Below, in pieces: positions 40,251 through 48,628 of a DNA stretch of 64,000 bases. The number at the start of each line of letters is the position of its first letter. Position 1 is the stretch's first letter. Under the pieces are notes generated by a model. That model was given only the letters and a program-made list of their open reading frames with translations. It ran no database searches and was not told where the DNA came from. The translations under genes and the position numbers were made by a program. This DNA comes from a virus: the IMG/VR virus record IMGVR_UViG_3300028844_004552, positions 9,629-73,628 of that record. One strand, 5' to 3'.

Positions 40251-42011
40251 ATGGACAGAAATAAAATTAAAACACACTTGAACTCACTTGTAGAGGCTAG
40301 TAAGAAACCAGTTGGTCTTACGTCAACTGAAAAGGTTCAAACAAAGGAGAAGAGTGTAAACAATGATTACTATAAAGAAGTATCCAAAAAAATGGGTGAA
40401 TATGATAAAGCATCTACGGGTGATAATGATTCAATCAAAGAGAAGGACTTAGAAAAGGTAGATTCAGAAGAAATGGATGTTAATCCTAATGGGATGGACC
40501 AAATTCAATATGATAATGACCCTAGTAAGAAATTCAAAGAAAGAGCAATCGAAGCTCTTGAGGGTAGTTCTAAAATGGGTAATGAAACTCACGAAGGTGA
40601 ATGGGACCCAGCTACAGGTGCTGGTAACGGAAACACTGAGGAAGTTTGGGGTGCCTCTGGTAACCACAAAGATAATCTTGGTAAAAGAATAGTAAAGAAT
40701 GCTAAAGCAGTGTCTAAGAAGGACGCTAGACCACAAGAAGATGCTGTAGGGTATGTTCCTAAAGGTAAGGTTAAAACTAAGTTAGCAACTGAAAATAAAA
40801 ATTCAAATAAAGAATCAATAAATAAAAAAATAAAAATGAAACGATTAAACTTTAAGAAGCCGTTCAACGGTGTAGGGAAAGCACTTACATTAATTCCAGA
40901 AACATACAAAGTGGATAATAAGGTGTTTGAAATGACTGACGGTAACGAGAGTTATAAAGTTAGATGGGAAGGTTCCCTAACAGAAGGTAGTGCTGTTGTA
41001 TTAATGGCATCTGATAAGAACATGATGAACGAAGACATCCAACAAATGAAACACCTTATGGGTTTCAAAGCTGAGGATACTTTAGGTACACCATCATCTA
41101 AGGATAGAATGAATGAAGATTCATCTTTCAGAGATATGATGAACCTTACATCATCTTTACTTAATGAAGATGTTAAGTCTGATAAAGAAACAATCAACGA
41201 AGATGTTGCTGGTGCTGCTGGTGCTGGTTACGGATTCACAGGTGAGGGTAACTTAGGTGAAGGTAACTTAGAAGAATCGGAAGAAGTAACGGAAAGTGAA
41301 GAAGTAACTGAATCAGAAGATGTAAACGAATCAACGGGTGAGAATCCAGATATCGCTGCTGCTGGTGATGATACTAAGATTGGTAAAACTGCTGACGGTA
41401 TCGTTAGAGGTGCTGGTCACGATAAACACATCATGGAAGAAGATGATACTGTAGCTGAATCAGAAGAAATTACTGAAACAGAAGAAGTAACGGAAAGTGA
41501 AGAAGTAACTGAATCAGAAGAAGTTGTTGAATCAGAAGAAATTACTGAGACAGAAGATGTAAATGAATCATTTGATTTTGATTCACCAACAATCTATACT
41601 CTTTCTGAGGGTGAAGTTACTCAATCAATGCCAGCTGGTGATGATTTAGGTACTGATATTGGAAAGTCTGCTAAGGGTGACCCTAGAGGTGAAGGACATG
41701 ATACACATATCATGGAAAAAGACGAAGTTGTTGAAGGTGAAGAAATCACTGAAACAGAAGAAGTTGTTGAAGGTGAAATCGATGAAGCTTTTGGTGATAC
41801 ATTTAGAAGTCACGAAAAGATTTTCATTAGAGATAACAAAGCCTTATTTGATGCAGCTAAAGGTGGTGATAATAATGCTAGTAAGCAGTTATCTAACTTA
41901 GCTAACCAATATGCTAAGGAAAATGAAATCACTGGTGGTATGTTAACAAGCTTTAGAAATGAAATCTATAGAATGGTTAAAGGTGGTACTTTCAAAGGAA
42001 GACAATCATAA
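40251..42011 (+). CDS. Acidic repeat protein (probable head scaffold/internal protein)
   Basis: Many EE(V/I)TE(S/T) hexapeptide repeats; gatatttat motif upstream. Confidence 0.7.
   Translation: MDRNKIKTHLNSLVEASKKPVGLTSTEKVQTKEKSVNNDYYKEVSKKMGEYDKASTGDNDSIKEKDLEKVDSEEMDVNPNGMDQIQYDNDPSKKFKERAIEALEGSSKMGNETHEGEWDPATGAGNGNTEEVWGASGNHKDNLGKRIVKNAKAVSKKDARPQEDAVGYVPKGKVKTKLATENKNSNKESINKKIKMKRLNFKKPFNGVGKALTLIPETYKVDNKVFEMTDGNESYKVRWEGSLTEGSAVVLMASDKNMMNEDIQQMKHLMGFKAEDTLGTPSSKDRMNEDSSFRDMMNLTSSLLNEDVKSDKETINEDVAGAAGAGYGFTGEGNLGEGNLEESEEVTESEEVTESEDVNESTGENPDIAAAGDDTKIGKTADGIVRGAGHDKHIMEEDDTVAESEEITETEEVTESEEVTESEEVVESEEITETEDVNESFDFDSPTIYTLSEGEVTQSMPAGDDLGTDIGKSAKGDPRGEGHDTHIMEKDEVVEGEEITETEEVVEGEIDEAFGDTFRSHEKIFIRDNKALFDAAKGGDNNASKQLSNLANQYAKENEITGGMLTSFRNEIYRMVKGGTFKGRQS
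41269..41790 (+). repeat. 18-bp coding tandem repeats (EEVTES) in three blocks, separated by a duplicated AGDD...GHD.HIME module
   Basis: gaagaagtaacggaaagtgaagaagtaactgaatca occurs near 41280 and 41481; modules AAGDDTKIGK...GHDKHIME and PAGDDLGTDIGK...GHDTHIME. Confidence 0.85.
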
Positions 42012-42029
42012 TAAAATAATATAAATAAT

Positions 42030-42058
42030 AAAAGCTCCTAGAAATAGGGGCTTTTTTT
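42030..42058. terminator. Bidirectional terminator between convergent genes
   Basis: aaaagctcct-agaaat-aggggctttttt hairpin with A- and T-tracts. Confidence 0.8.
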
Positions 42059-42485
42059 ATGCTCTTAAAATTACATAATCATTTTCAGTCAATGCTGTGG
42101 ACCCCAAAGAAGAGATTTTATCTAAAACCATATCTTTATCAATATTATTAAGTGTAAATACATCAATAATATCATCGAAGTCGTCCATACCATTAAATGT
42201 TGATTTGAATTCTGCAACTTTATTACTATTGATGATGTTAACCATCTCATTAGTGAAGTCCACTTTAGAATGACAACTCATATTTCGCTCCAATAACAAT
42301 CCAATAAAGGTATTTACTTGGTATGTATTCATAAACAAGAATAAGTTCTCGTAATTACCACAATCAGTTTCTTTAACTAATATACAATCAAAGATATCAA
42401 ATCCATGTACATCATTAAAAGCTTCGTTAATTTCGAATACCCATCCTTTACCGTCAACCTTGTCAATTTTGATAATTGTAACCAT
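42057..42485 (-). CDS. Hypothetical protein with C-terminal LDKIS..G...LT motif
   Basis: 142-aa minus-strand ORF with gtatatttat upstream. Confidence 0.7.
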   Translation of the reverse strand: MVTIIKIDKVDGKGWVFEINEAFNDVHGFDIFDCILVKETDCGNYENLFLFMNTYQVNTFIGLLLERNMSCHSKVDFTNEMVNIINSNKVAEFKSTFNGMDDFDDIIDVFTLNNIDKDMVLDKISSLGSTALTENDYVILRA

Positions 42486-42591
42486 ATCTCTTTATTTTCT
42501 ATAAATATACGGATAATATATCAATAAACCTAATTTTTAGTAAAAAAAATGTATTTATAGTTAACTAAGTTATAAAAAAACAACAATAAAT

Positions 42592-43569
42592 ATGTTATTA
42601 AAAATAGGTGACAACAGTAGACAAGTAAAAGAGGTTCAAACCTTATTAGATACACATGGATTTTGGGTATATCATAAATTCACATTCTATTTCGGGACCA
42701 TTACTGATACAGCAGTAAGAAAATTTCAAAAAGCTAAGAATATTAAAGTAGATGGTGAAGTAGGACCAGAGACTTATGGTTATTTGTTAGAAGGTATTGA
42801 CACAGATAGAGGTGGTTTAGATACTGATGAGGTTGTTAACGATACTGACAACAAATTAGATTATAGAGGTTCTTACGAATCAAAAGATGGTCTAACAATA
42901 GACAGAGCTTACTTAGATTCAGATGAATTCGTTATGGATTACGGTAAGATAAAACCTAAAAACTTATTCATACACCACACCGCTGGTTGGGATAACCCAT
43001 ACGCTACTATTGGTCATTGGAATAGAGATAAGAGAGGTCGTGTTGCAACACAATATGTTGTTGGTGGATTTAACATCAAGGGTGACTCTAAACATGACGG
43101 TACGGTTGTACAATGTTTCCCAGATAATTATATTGGGTGGCACTTAGGTAAAGTTGGTGGCTTCAACGCATCAAAGTATTCTGTTGGTATTGAACTTAAC
43201 AACTTTGGTTATGTTACAAAAAAGAATGGTAAATTTTACACATATGTAAACACAGTGGTTCCAGAGGACCAAGTATGTGATTTAGGTTACAAATTTAGAA
43301 ATCACCAATATTGGCATAAATATTCTGACGCTCAAATTGAAAGTCTTAGATTATTAATTCTTCACATTAAAGATATCTACCCTACGATAGATATTACCAA
43401 GGGACTTATTGAAGAATTAGAGACAAAGACACCAGCAGAGGCATTTGGGTTTAACAAAGACGCTTATAATGCAAAGGAGTACGGTATGTGGACTCACACC
43501 AATGTAAGAAAGGATAAATTTGATTGTTTCCCACAACCAGAATTAATAGAGATGTTAAAATCACTATAA
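42592..43569 (+). CDS. Endolysin: peptidoglycan-binding domain + Amidase_2
   Basis: LLKIGD...VKEVQ..L, AVRKFQK...VDGEVGPET; HHTAG, WHLG, SVGIEL, THTNVRKDKFDC. Confidence 0.92.
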   Translation: MLLKIGDNSRQVKEVQTLLDTHGFWVYHKFTFYFGTITDTAVRKFQKAKNIKVDGEVGPETYGYLLEGIDTDRGGLDTDEVVNDTDNKLDYRGSYESKDGLTIDRAYLDSDEFVMDYGKIKPKNLFIHHTAGWDNPYATIGHWNRDKRGRVATQYVVGGFNIKGDSKHDGTVVQCFPDNYIGWHLGKVGGFNASKYSVGIELNNFGYVTKKNGKFYTYVNTVVPEDQVCDLGYKFRNHQYWHKYSDAQIESLRLLILHIKDIYPTIDITKGLIEELETKTPAEAFGFNKDAYNAKEYGMWTHTNVRKDKFDCFPQPELIEMLKSL

Positions 43570-43606
43570 GACTTTATTTTCAACTAATATTTGTTATATT
43601 AATCAT

Positions 43607-44080
43607 ATGACAGACAATACTAAAAAATCACTTGAGTTTTTGAGTTATATCAACACACCACTAAGTAAAACCAGTATAGATGTATTATACAGTGCGAACA
43701 ACGTTAATTTTGAACGTTGCCAACTGTATAGTGACTTTATTCAGAGTTTAATTGGGCTTATACTTAACACGTATATGGGTGATGAAATCACTACTTCAAA
43801 GCAGAGGGTAGAACATTTCGATTGGTGTTGGTCTAAGAACATGGATAATTTTAGTGATGAGGGAATCAACTTCAATAACTCAAAAAAATTATACGATTAT
43901 ATAAAACAAGATATTATTGAAACATTCTATAAAGTTGGAGATAAAGTAGAGGAAGAATTGAATGGTGGTTACCTACTTAAGGTTTGGAAATACATATTTT
44001 CATATTCATCAAATAAGACCCGTTCTGACATCGAAATATTCATCAAACTTTACAATTTATTTGAAGAATCACTTGATTAA
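43607..44080 (+). CDS. Hypothetical protein
   Basis: 157-aa ORF. Confidence 0.7.
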   Translation: MTDNTKKSLEFLSYINTPLSKTSIDVLYSANNVNFERCQLYSDFIQSLIGLILNTYMGDEITTSKQRVEHFDWCWSKNMDNFSDEGINFNNSKKLYDYIKQDIIETFYKVGDKVEEELNGGYLLKVWKYIFSYSSNKTRSDIEIFIKLYNLFEESLD

Positions 44081-44138
44081 GTGTAAAAAAGAGGGTTTTA
44101 GTATTTATTTATAAAAAATAAAGTTATATACTTAAGAT

Positions 44139-44360
44139 ATGAGATTATTCGATATTATAAAAAGCACATTAACAACTGAAAAATTAATAGCTGAACAAGA
44201 ACTTGAAAGAGTTATAAATGATAAGAGCTTGGAGACAAGTAAGAAGGTTGTTATGATAAAAGGGTTATTAAACAAGATAACACTAACCGAATCATCATTT
44301 GGGGTATTTGAAAATTTAATCAAACCAACTGATGAAACTAATGAAGATAAAAAACAATAA
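44139..44360 (+). CDS. Hypothetical protein
   Basis: 73-aa ORF in operon-like spacing. Confidence 0.6.
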   Translation: MRLFDIIKSTLTTEKLIAEQELERVINDKSLETSKKVVMIKGLLNKITLTESSFGVFENLIKPTDETNEDKKQ

Positions 44361-44362
44361 AA

Positions 44363-44530
44363 ATGGAAAAATTTGAACAATTAAAGAGTTTACTAGAAGA
44401 AGCTACATCAGATGTAGAAAAAACAGCTAACGGAAACAAAGCCGCTGGTGTTAGAGTAAGAAAGATGTTACAATCAGTTAAGGATGTAGCTCAAGAATTT
44501 CGAAAAGAAATTTCAGCAATGAAAAAGTAA
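44363..44530 (+). CDS. Histone H1-like Hc1-family protein (not in ORF track)
   Basis: MEKFEQLKSLLEEATSDVEKTANGNKAAGVRVRKMLQSVKDVAQEFRKEISAMKK; GNKAAG.R.RK is the Hc1 signature. Confidence 0.85.
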   Translation: MEKFEQLKSLLEEATSDVEKTANGNKAAGVRVRKMLQSVKDVAQEFRKEISAMKK

Positions 44531-44534
44531 GAAT

Positions 44535-44750
44535 ATGACAATAGAGATAATAAATAAAATACTATATATCTTACTCTTCCTATCCATATTGAATATTGGT
44601 AGGTGTACGTTCTTCTTAATAGGTTCTTTCATCAAATCCAACGATGAAAGACCAGAGAAGTATAGATTAAATAGGTTATCGTTAATTTTATTAGGATTAT
44701 CTATTGGCTATGTAATAAGTGTGTTCTTTACGGGAGTTACTATCTCGTGA
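44535..44750 (+). CDS. Small two-TM membrane protein
   Basis: Two hydrophobic helices. Confidence 0.65.
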   Translation: MTIEIINKILYILLFLSILNIGRCTFFLIGSFIKSNDERPEKYRLNRLSLILLGLSIGYVISVFFTGVTIS

Positions 44751-44775
44751 GAACCACAAAAAGAAAAAAAGTTTT

Positions 44776-45591
44776 ATGTCAAATATACAAAATAGGTTAA
44801 ATTCATTACAACCATACGTAATTGGGGTTAGATTCCAAAACGGGATGTCAATAGTTGATGCTGTCTTTAAAGATGGGTGGGCTGTTCCAAAATCAGAAAT
44901 AATTGAGAGTACGAAAGGTAAGGGTGATGAGTTAAACTACCACATGTTTTTCACACAACGAGAAGACTTAGGTTTAGACGAAATCCTAGACTATGTGGAG
45001 AAAGTTATTGGACTCAACATTGAAAGAGAAAAGAAACATGCATTATTGAAGGTTAAGGCTAAAGAATTAGCAGAGTTATTTAAAAAGAATCCATTATCTA
45101 AATTACAAGGTATGTCATTTGTTTTAAGTGGTGAGAAGTTAATCAAGGATATGGAAGCAGATGTTGAAGATGTAGTTGATATTGATTTCAGTGTAGATAT
45201 TCCATTAACCCCACAACCAGAGGTAGTTACAACTCCACAACCAGAGGTAGTTACAACTCCACAACCAGCAGTAGTAACAACCCCACAACCAGAGGTAGTT
45301 GTTGACGAACCAAATGTGAGAAGAGCCCCTAACGGTGAAATAATCCCACCATTATCAGAGGAAGATACAGGGGAGATTGAAGAGGACTTCAATAAAGTTG
45401 ATTTAACACCTAAGGAAGAACCAGCGGTAAGAAAGAATGTGAATGGTAAACAAATTGATTTACCAGCTAAAAAGGGTGCTAAGAACCAAGTTCAATTAGA
45501 GGAAATAGTGGCACCACAAAATGTGGTCTGTAAATGTGTTGGGGATGAAGTATGTCCAGCATGTGAAGAAGAAAAAATAGGAAGTTACTAA
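44776..45591 (+). CDS. Hypothetical protein with TPQPEVVT repeats and C-terminal CxC-CxxC
   Basis: ATG 44776 after A-rich leader. Confidence 0.7.
   Translation: MSNIQNRLNSLQPYVIGVRFQNGMSIVDAVFKDGWAVPKSEIIESTKGKGDELNYHMFFTQREDLGLDEILDYVEKVIGLNIEREKKHALLKVKAKELAELFKKNPLSKLQGMSFVLSGEKLIKDMEADVEDVVDIDFSVDIPLTPQPEVVTTPQPEVVTTPQPAVVTTPQPEVVVDEPNVRRAPNGEIIPPLSEEDTGEIEEDFNKVDLTPKEEPAVRKNVNGKQIDLPAKKGAKNQVQLEEIVAPQNVVCKCVGDEVCPACEEEKIGSY
45208..45303 (+). repeat. 24-bp tandem repeat x4 (TPQPEVVT)
   Basis: ccacaaccagaggtagttacaact units. Confidence 0.92.
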
Positions 45592-45595
45592 GATT

Positions 45596-45916
45596 ATGAC
45601 AAATTTAATTATATTCATTTTATGTGCCTATGGGTTTTCAAACATCGTAGTATACGGTTCAAACTTTCAATGGTTTAGAAACGGATTATCAAAATTAGGA
45701 ACTGGACCACTGAGTCTATATAAATTATTCACTTGTATGATGTGCCTACCAACATGGGTAGGGTTCGGACTTTCCGCATTATTCCAACATTACGGGGTTG
45801 AAACTCCAATGGGTAGTATTGAAAATTATTGGTGGGTATTATTCCTCGACGGTGTGTTGACATCTGGTGGTGTATACGCATTTAATGTTTTAGTTGAATA
45901 CTTTGAAGGAGATTAA
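45596..45916 (+). CDS. DUF1360-like membrane protein
   Basis: LFTCMMCLPTWVG motif with three hydrophobic segments. Confidence 0.7.
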   Translation: MTNLIIFILCAYGFSNIVVYGSNFQWFRNGLSKLGTGPLSLYKLFTCMMCLPTWVGFGLSALFQHYGVETPMGSIENYWWVLFLDGVLTSGGVYAFNVLVEYFEGD

Positions 45917-45918
45917 TT

Positions 45919-46236
45919 ATGAAAAAACCAAATTTAGAAGGGAGAATTGAATTGGATGAAGTTCTAGCTAAGGCTAAGGAAAGCACAACCAACTTTATCA
46001 ATCACTTAGAAAGTGAGGAACAAGGTGAAAGGATAGAAACTGTTGATACTATTCGCAACCAAATACTTGGTGATAAGAAGAGTAGTGATATCAAAAAGAA
46101 TAAATTCATTCAAGAAATGAAGAATGGTATGGGTGCTGACATCATGAACAAAGGTGGTTATGGTGTTAAAATCAACAAACCAACAAGAATGAAGAGGTTT
46201 AAGAACTTCTTAATAAGATTGTATTCAAAATTCTAA
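45919..46236 (+). CDS. Hypothetical protein
   Basis: 105-aa ORF. Confidence 0.65.
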   Translation: MKKPNLEGRIELDEVLAKAKESTTNFINHLESEEQGERIETVDTIRNQILGDKKSSDIKKNKFIQEMKNGMGADIMNKGGYGVKINKPTRMKRFKNFLIRLYSKF

Positions 46237-46238
46237 AA

Positions 46239-46493
46239 ATGACATACGAGGATTTAATTGAAATATTTTCAGAATTGGTTAATAATGAGAACATCAAAAA
46301 AGATGGTCTTATAATGTTCTATGAACTACCAGCTGAGAATCATGAAAAGTTGGATGAACACCTATTCTACAAGACCAATGATAGAAATGCTGAGTTTACA
46401 CATCAAGACATTATAGAGGTTGAAGTTGATGGATTTATTGTTAAGATTATCAAGGAAGGTGGAAAATTAGTGTACGAAGATTTGGATAATTGA
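46239..46493 (+). CDS. Hypothetical protein
   Basis: 84-aa ORF. Confidence 0.65.
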   Translation: MTYEDLIEIFSELVNNENIKKDGLIMFYELPAENHEKLDEHLFYKTNDRNAEFTHQDIIEVEVDGFIVKIIKEGGKLVYEDLDN

Positions 46494-46517
46494 TTTATTT
46501 TCCTTATCTTTGTGTTT

Positions 46518-46808
46518 ATGAAGATGTCTAAATCCAAACACAGAAATACACATTGCAAAGAAGCTGGTAAATATACTTACCCTAGTGAAGCCGCAGCATC
46601 TCGTACTTTAAATAAGTATGAAGACATTAAACGCACCTATCTATGTAAGGGTTGTGGTGGTTGGCATATAACTAGCATGACTATGCGTACAGCAGTAAAG
46701 TATGGTATTGTTAATAAACTACCAAAGAAAAGTAAAAAGGGTTATCCCACATCAAAAATACAAAATAGACTTGATTTTTTAAATAAAAAAATAAATAAAG
46801 ATGCTTAA
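46518..46808 (+). CDS. Small basic zinc-finger-like protein
   Basis: C..GK..Y...AA...RTYLCKGCGGWHIT motif; tatctttg promoter upstream. Confidence 0.65.
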   Translation: MKMSKSKHRNTHCKEAGKYTYPSEAAASRTLNKYEDIKRTYLCKGCGGWHITSMTMRTAVKYGIVNKLPKKSKKGYPTSKIQNRLDFLNKKINKDA

Positions 46809-47430
46809 GAATTACGCAAGAGAACATAACCTAAAACAAGTAGCTGGTTTAGATGAGGTTGGTAGAGGTTCATTCGCTGGACCAGTTGTAACTGCCGCAG
46901 TGATACTACCACCAGACTTCGAATCAGAACTAATAGTCGATTCAAAGCTCATCTGCAAGTCAAGACCGAAGATGCAAAAGGCTTACGACCTAATCATGGA
47001 GAATGCAATAGCTGTTCATTGTGACGCACAATCAGCAAAGGTAATAAACGAGTTAGGTATCAATGATGCAATTTGGAAATCGATGCATACATGTATAGAC
47101 AACTTACCACACGTTGAGAAATTATTGATTGATGGTCGTGAATGGGTTGAACACCCAAGAATTGGTGATATACCATATGAAACAGTAGTTAAGGGTGATA
47201 ATACATATTTATCAATAGCGGCAGCTGCAATTGTAGCTAAGTACCGTAGAGATGAATACATGACGAAAGTACATGAATTACATCCACATTATAACTTTAG
47301 TGGTAGCAAGGGTTATTACTGTAAGAAACATGGTGAGGGGCTACTAGAATATGGGAAGACACGTTATCATCGAGACCAATATGTTGAGACGTGGTGTAAA
47401 AATAAAGGACATTTATTACCAAATAATTAG
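46801..47430 (+). CDS. rnhB: Ribonuclease HII
   Basis: AGLDEVGRGSFAGPV, DSK, LIDG, VKGD, SIAAAAIVAK..RD, KGY motifs. Confidence 0.95.
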   Translation: MLKNYAREHNLKQVAGLDEVGRGSFAGPVVTAAVILPPDFESELIVDSKLICKSRPKMQKAYDLIMENAIAVHCDAQSAKVINELGINDAIWKSMHTCIDNLPHVEKLLIDGREWVEHPRIGDIPYETVVKGDNTYLSIAAAAIVAKYRRDEYMTKVHELHPHYNFSGSKGYYCKKHGEGLLEYGKTRYHRDQYVETWCKNKGHLLPNN

Positions 47431-47481
47431 GAATAACGAAATAAATTACTTATATTTGTTTTAACCAATTAAATAAACAAT

Positions 47482-47961
47482 ATGAAAAAGTTATTATTTG
47501 CAGTATCAGTAATCTTAGTATTCGCTTCTTGTGAGAAGGAAGACTTCGGACAATATAGTCAAGAATTAGAGCCAGTGGATAACCTTCCAACAACGGAATA
47601 TACCTATGGTGGAACACTTCCATCAACTGGTACGGTTTCCAACGACCTTGTAGGTACAACTTGGGTATTAACTAAGTATGTATCAGCATTCGCAACAGAA
47701 TATCCTTATGATACAATAGCCTTTGTATCTAACAATGAATACACTATCAATAGTGGTGCTGTTAGAACATACCAATTGAATTCGTTGCCATTATCCAACA
47801 ACTATGACTTATCATTATATTTCTTTTTCCCAATGGGTGGTAGTCACTACAGTGGAGAGGTTGGTCAGACATTCATTGGTGATGGGGAGATTAACAACGT
47901 TCAGTTTCAAGACATTCAGAACGAGGGAAATACAATATTAACCTTCTTTACAAAAATATAA
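47482..47961 (+). CDS. Lipoprotein, lipocalin-like
   Basis: Lipobox FAS-C followed by EKED; LVGTTWVL motif; own TAnnTTTG promoter. Confidence 0.75.
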   Translation: MKKLLFAVSVILVFASCEKEDFGQYSQELEPVDNLPTTEYTYGGTLPSTGTVSNDLVGTTWVLTKYVSAFATEYPYDTIAFVSNNEYTINSGAVRTYQLNSLPLSNNYDLSLYFFFPMGGSHYSGEVGQTFIGDGEINNVQFQDIQNEGNTILTFFTKI

Positions 47962-47963
47962 AG

Positions 47964-48344
47964 ATGAAATATCATTTAACAAATATATACTTCGAACCAG
48001 AACCACCTAATAATCAAATCAGATTGATGAAGATAATGAATGGGTTCATTGTGGGAAGAGAAATAGCAGAGGTTATACTAACAACAATCAATGCAAAAGA
48101 AAAATTAGTTGTTGAAGATATTAACCCTATGAGGCTTCACACTTATGGTATTAGATGTGACCATCAGACTGAGGAAACCATCAATCGAATAGCGAAAGAG
48201 AAGAAAGAAAACGAAGAAAGATGGGCTCGTGAAGACATTATCTTCAAGAAAGCTGAGATATGGTATGAAACTCTTAGTGAAGAAGAAAAGGAAATGGTCC
48301 AACAATTGGGTTATAAGAAATTTCAAGCATATGCAGTAGGATAA
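47964..48344 (+). CDS. Hypothetical protein
   Basis: 126-aa ORF. Confidence 0.65.
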   Translation: MKYHLTNIYFEPEPPNNQIRLMKIMNGFIVGREIAEVILTTINAKEKLVVEDINPMRLHTYGIRCDHQTEETINRIAKEKKENEERWAREDIIFKKAEIWYETLSEEEKEMVQQLGYKKFQAYAVG

Positions 48345-48357
48345 AAAAATATAAGAT

Positions 48358-48531
48358 ATGGGAATGGATATAGATTGGGTATTTTTAGATAAAGCCCTAG
48401 ATAATGTTAGACATATAGCGTCATGCATACCACACGGTGAACGTGAGAAAATTGCTGACGATATTCTAAAATTTGAAAAGAAAATCTGCAAGAAATACAA
48501 TGGAGAATCTGCCTTTACGGAAAAAAAATAA
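48358..48531 (+). CDS. Small hypothetical protein (57 aa, not in ORF track)
   Basis: MGMDIDWVFLDKALDNVRHIASCIPHGEREK... fills the gap on the + strand. Confidence 0.5.
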   Translation: MGMDIDWVFLDKALDNVRHIASCIPHGEREKIADDILKFEKKICKKYNGESAFTEKK

Positions 48532-48549
48532 AAATAATTTAGATTTTGC

Positions 48550-48580
48550 TTGACAAGAGGATTTAAATGTAGTATATTTG
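48550..48580 (+). promoter_or_regulatory. Strong early promoter TTGACA-N14-TAGTATATTTG
   Basis: Same architecture at 56271, 57596 and 59557; contains the Bacteroidota -7 element TAnnTTTG. Confidence 0.85.
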
Positions 48581-48628
48581 CAGTCGCTGAAATTAGATAA
48601 CTAAGTTTAATTTTAAAAACCAAACACT

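Noticed and set aside
17535-45303. Tandem repeats (42, 36, 18 and 24 bp) as CRISPR arrays
   Set aside because: All are in-frame coding repeats with synonymous variation and no unique spacers; no cas operon (27500 is a generic PD-(D/E)XK nuclease)
48105-48623. 172-aa minus-strand ORF and other antisense or shifted-frame ORFs in the track (e.g. 61448-62215, 34527-35096)
   Set aside because: They shadow well-supported + strand genes or promoters and have the Ser/Phe/Ile-rich composition of antisense frames
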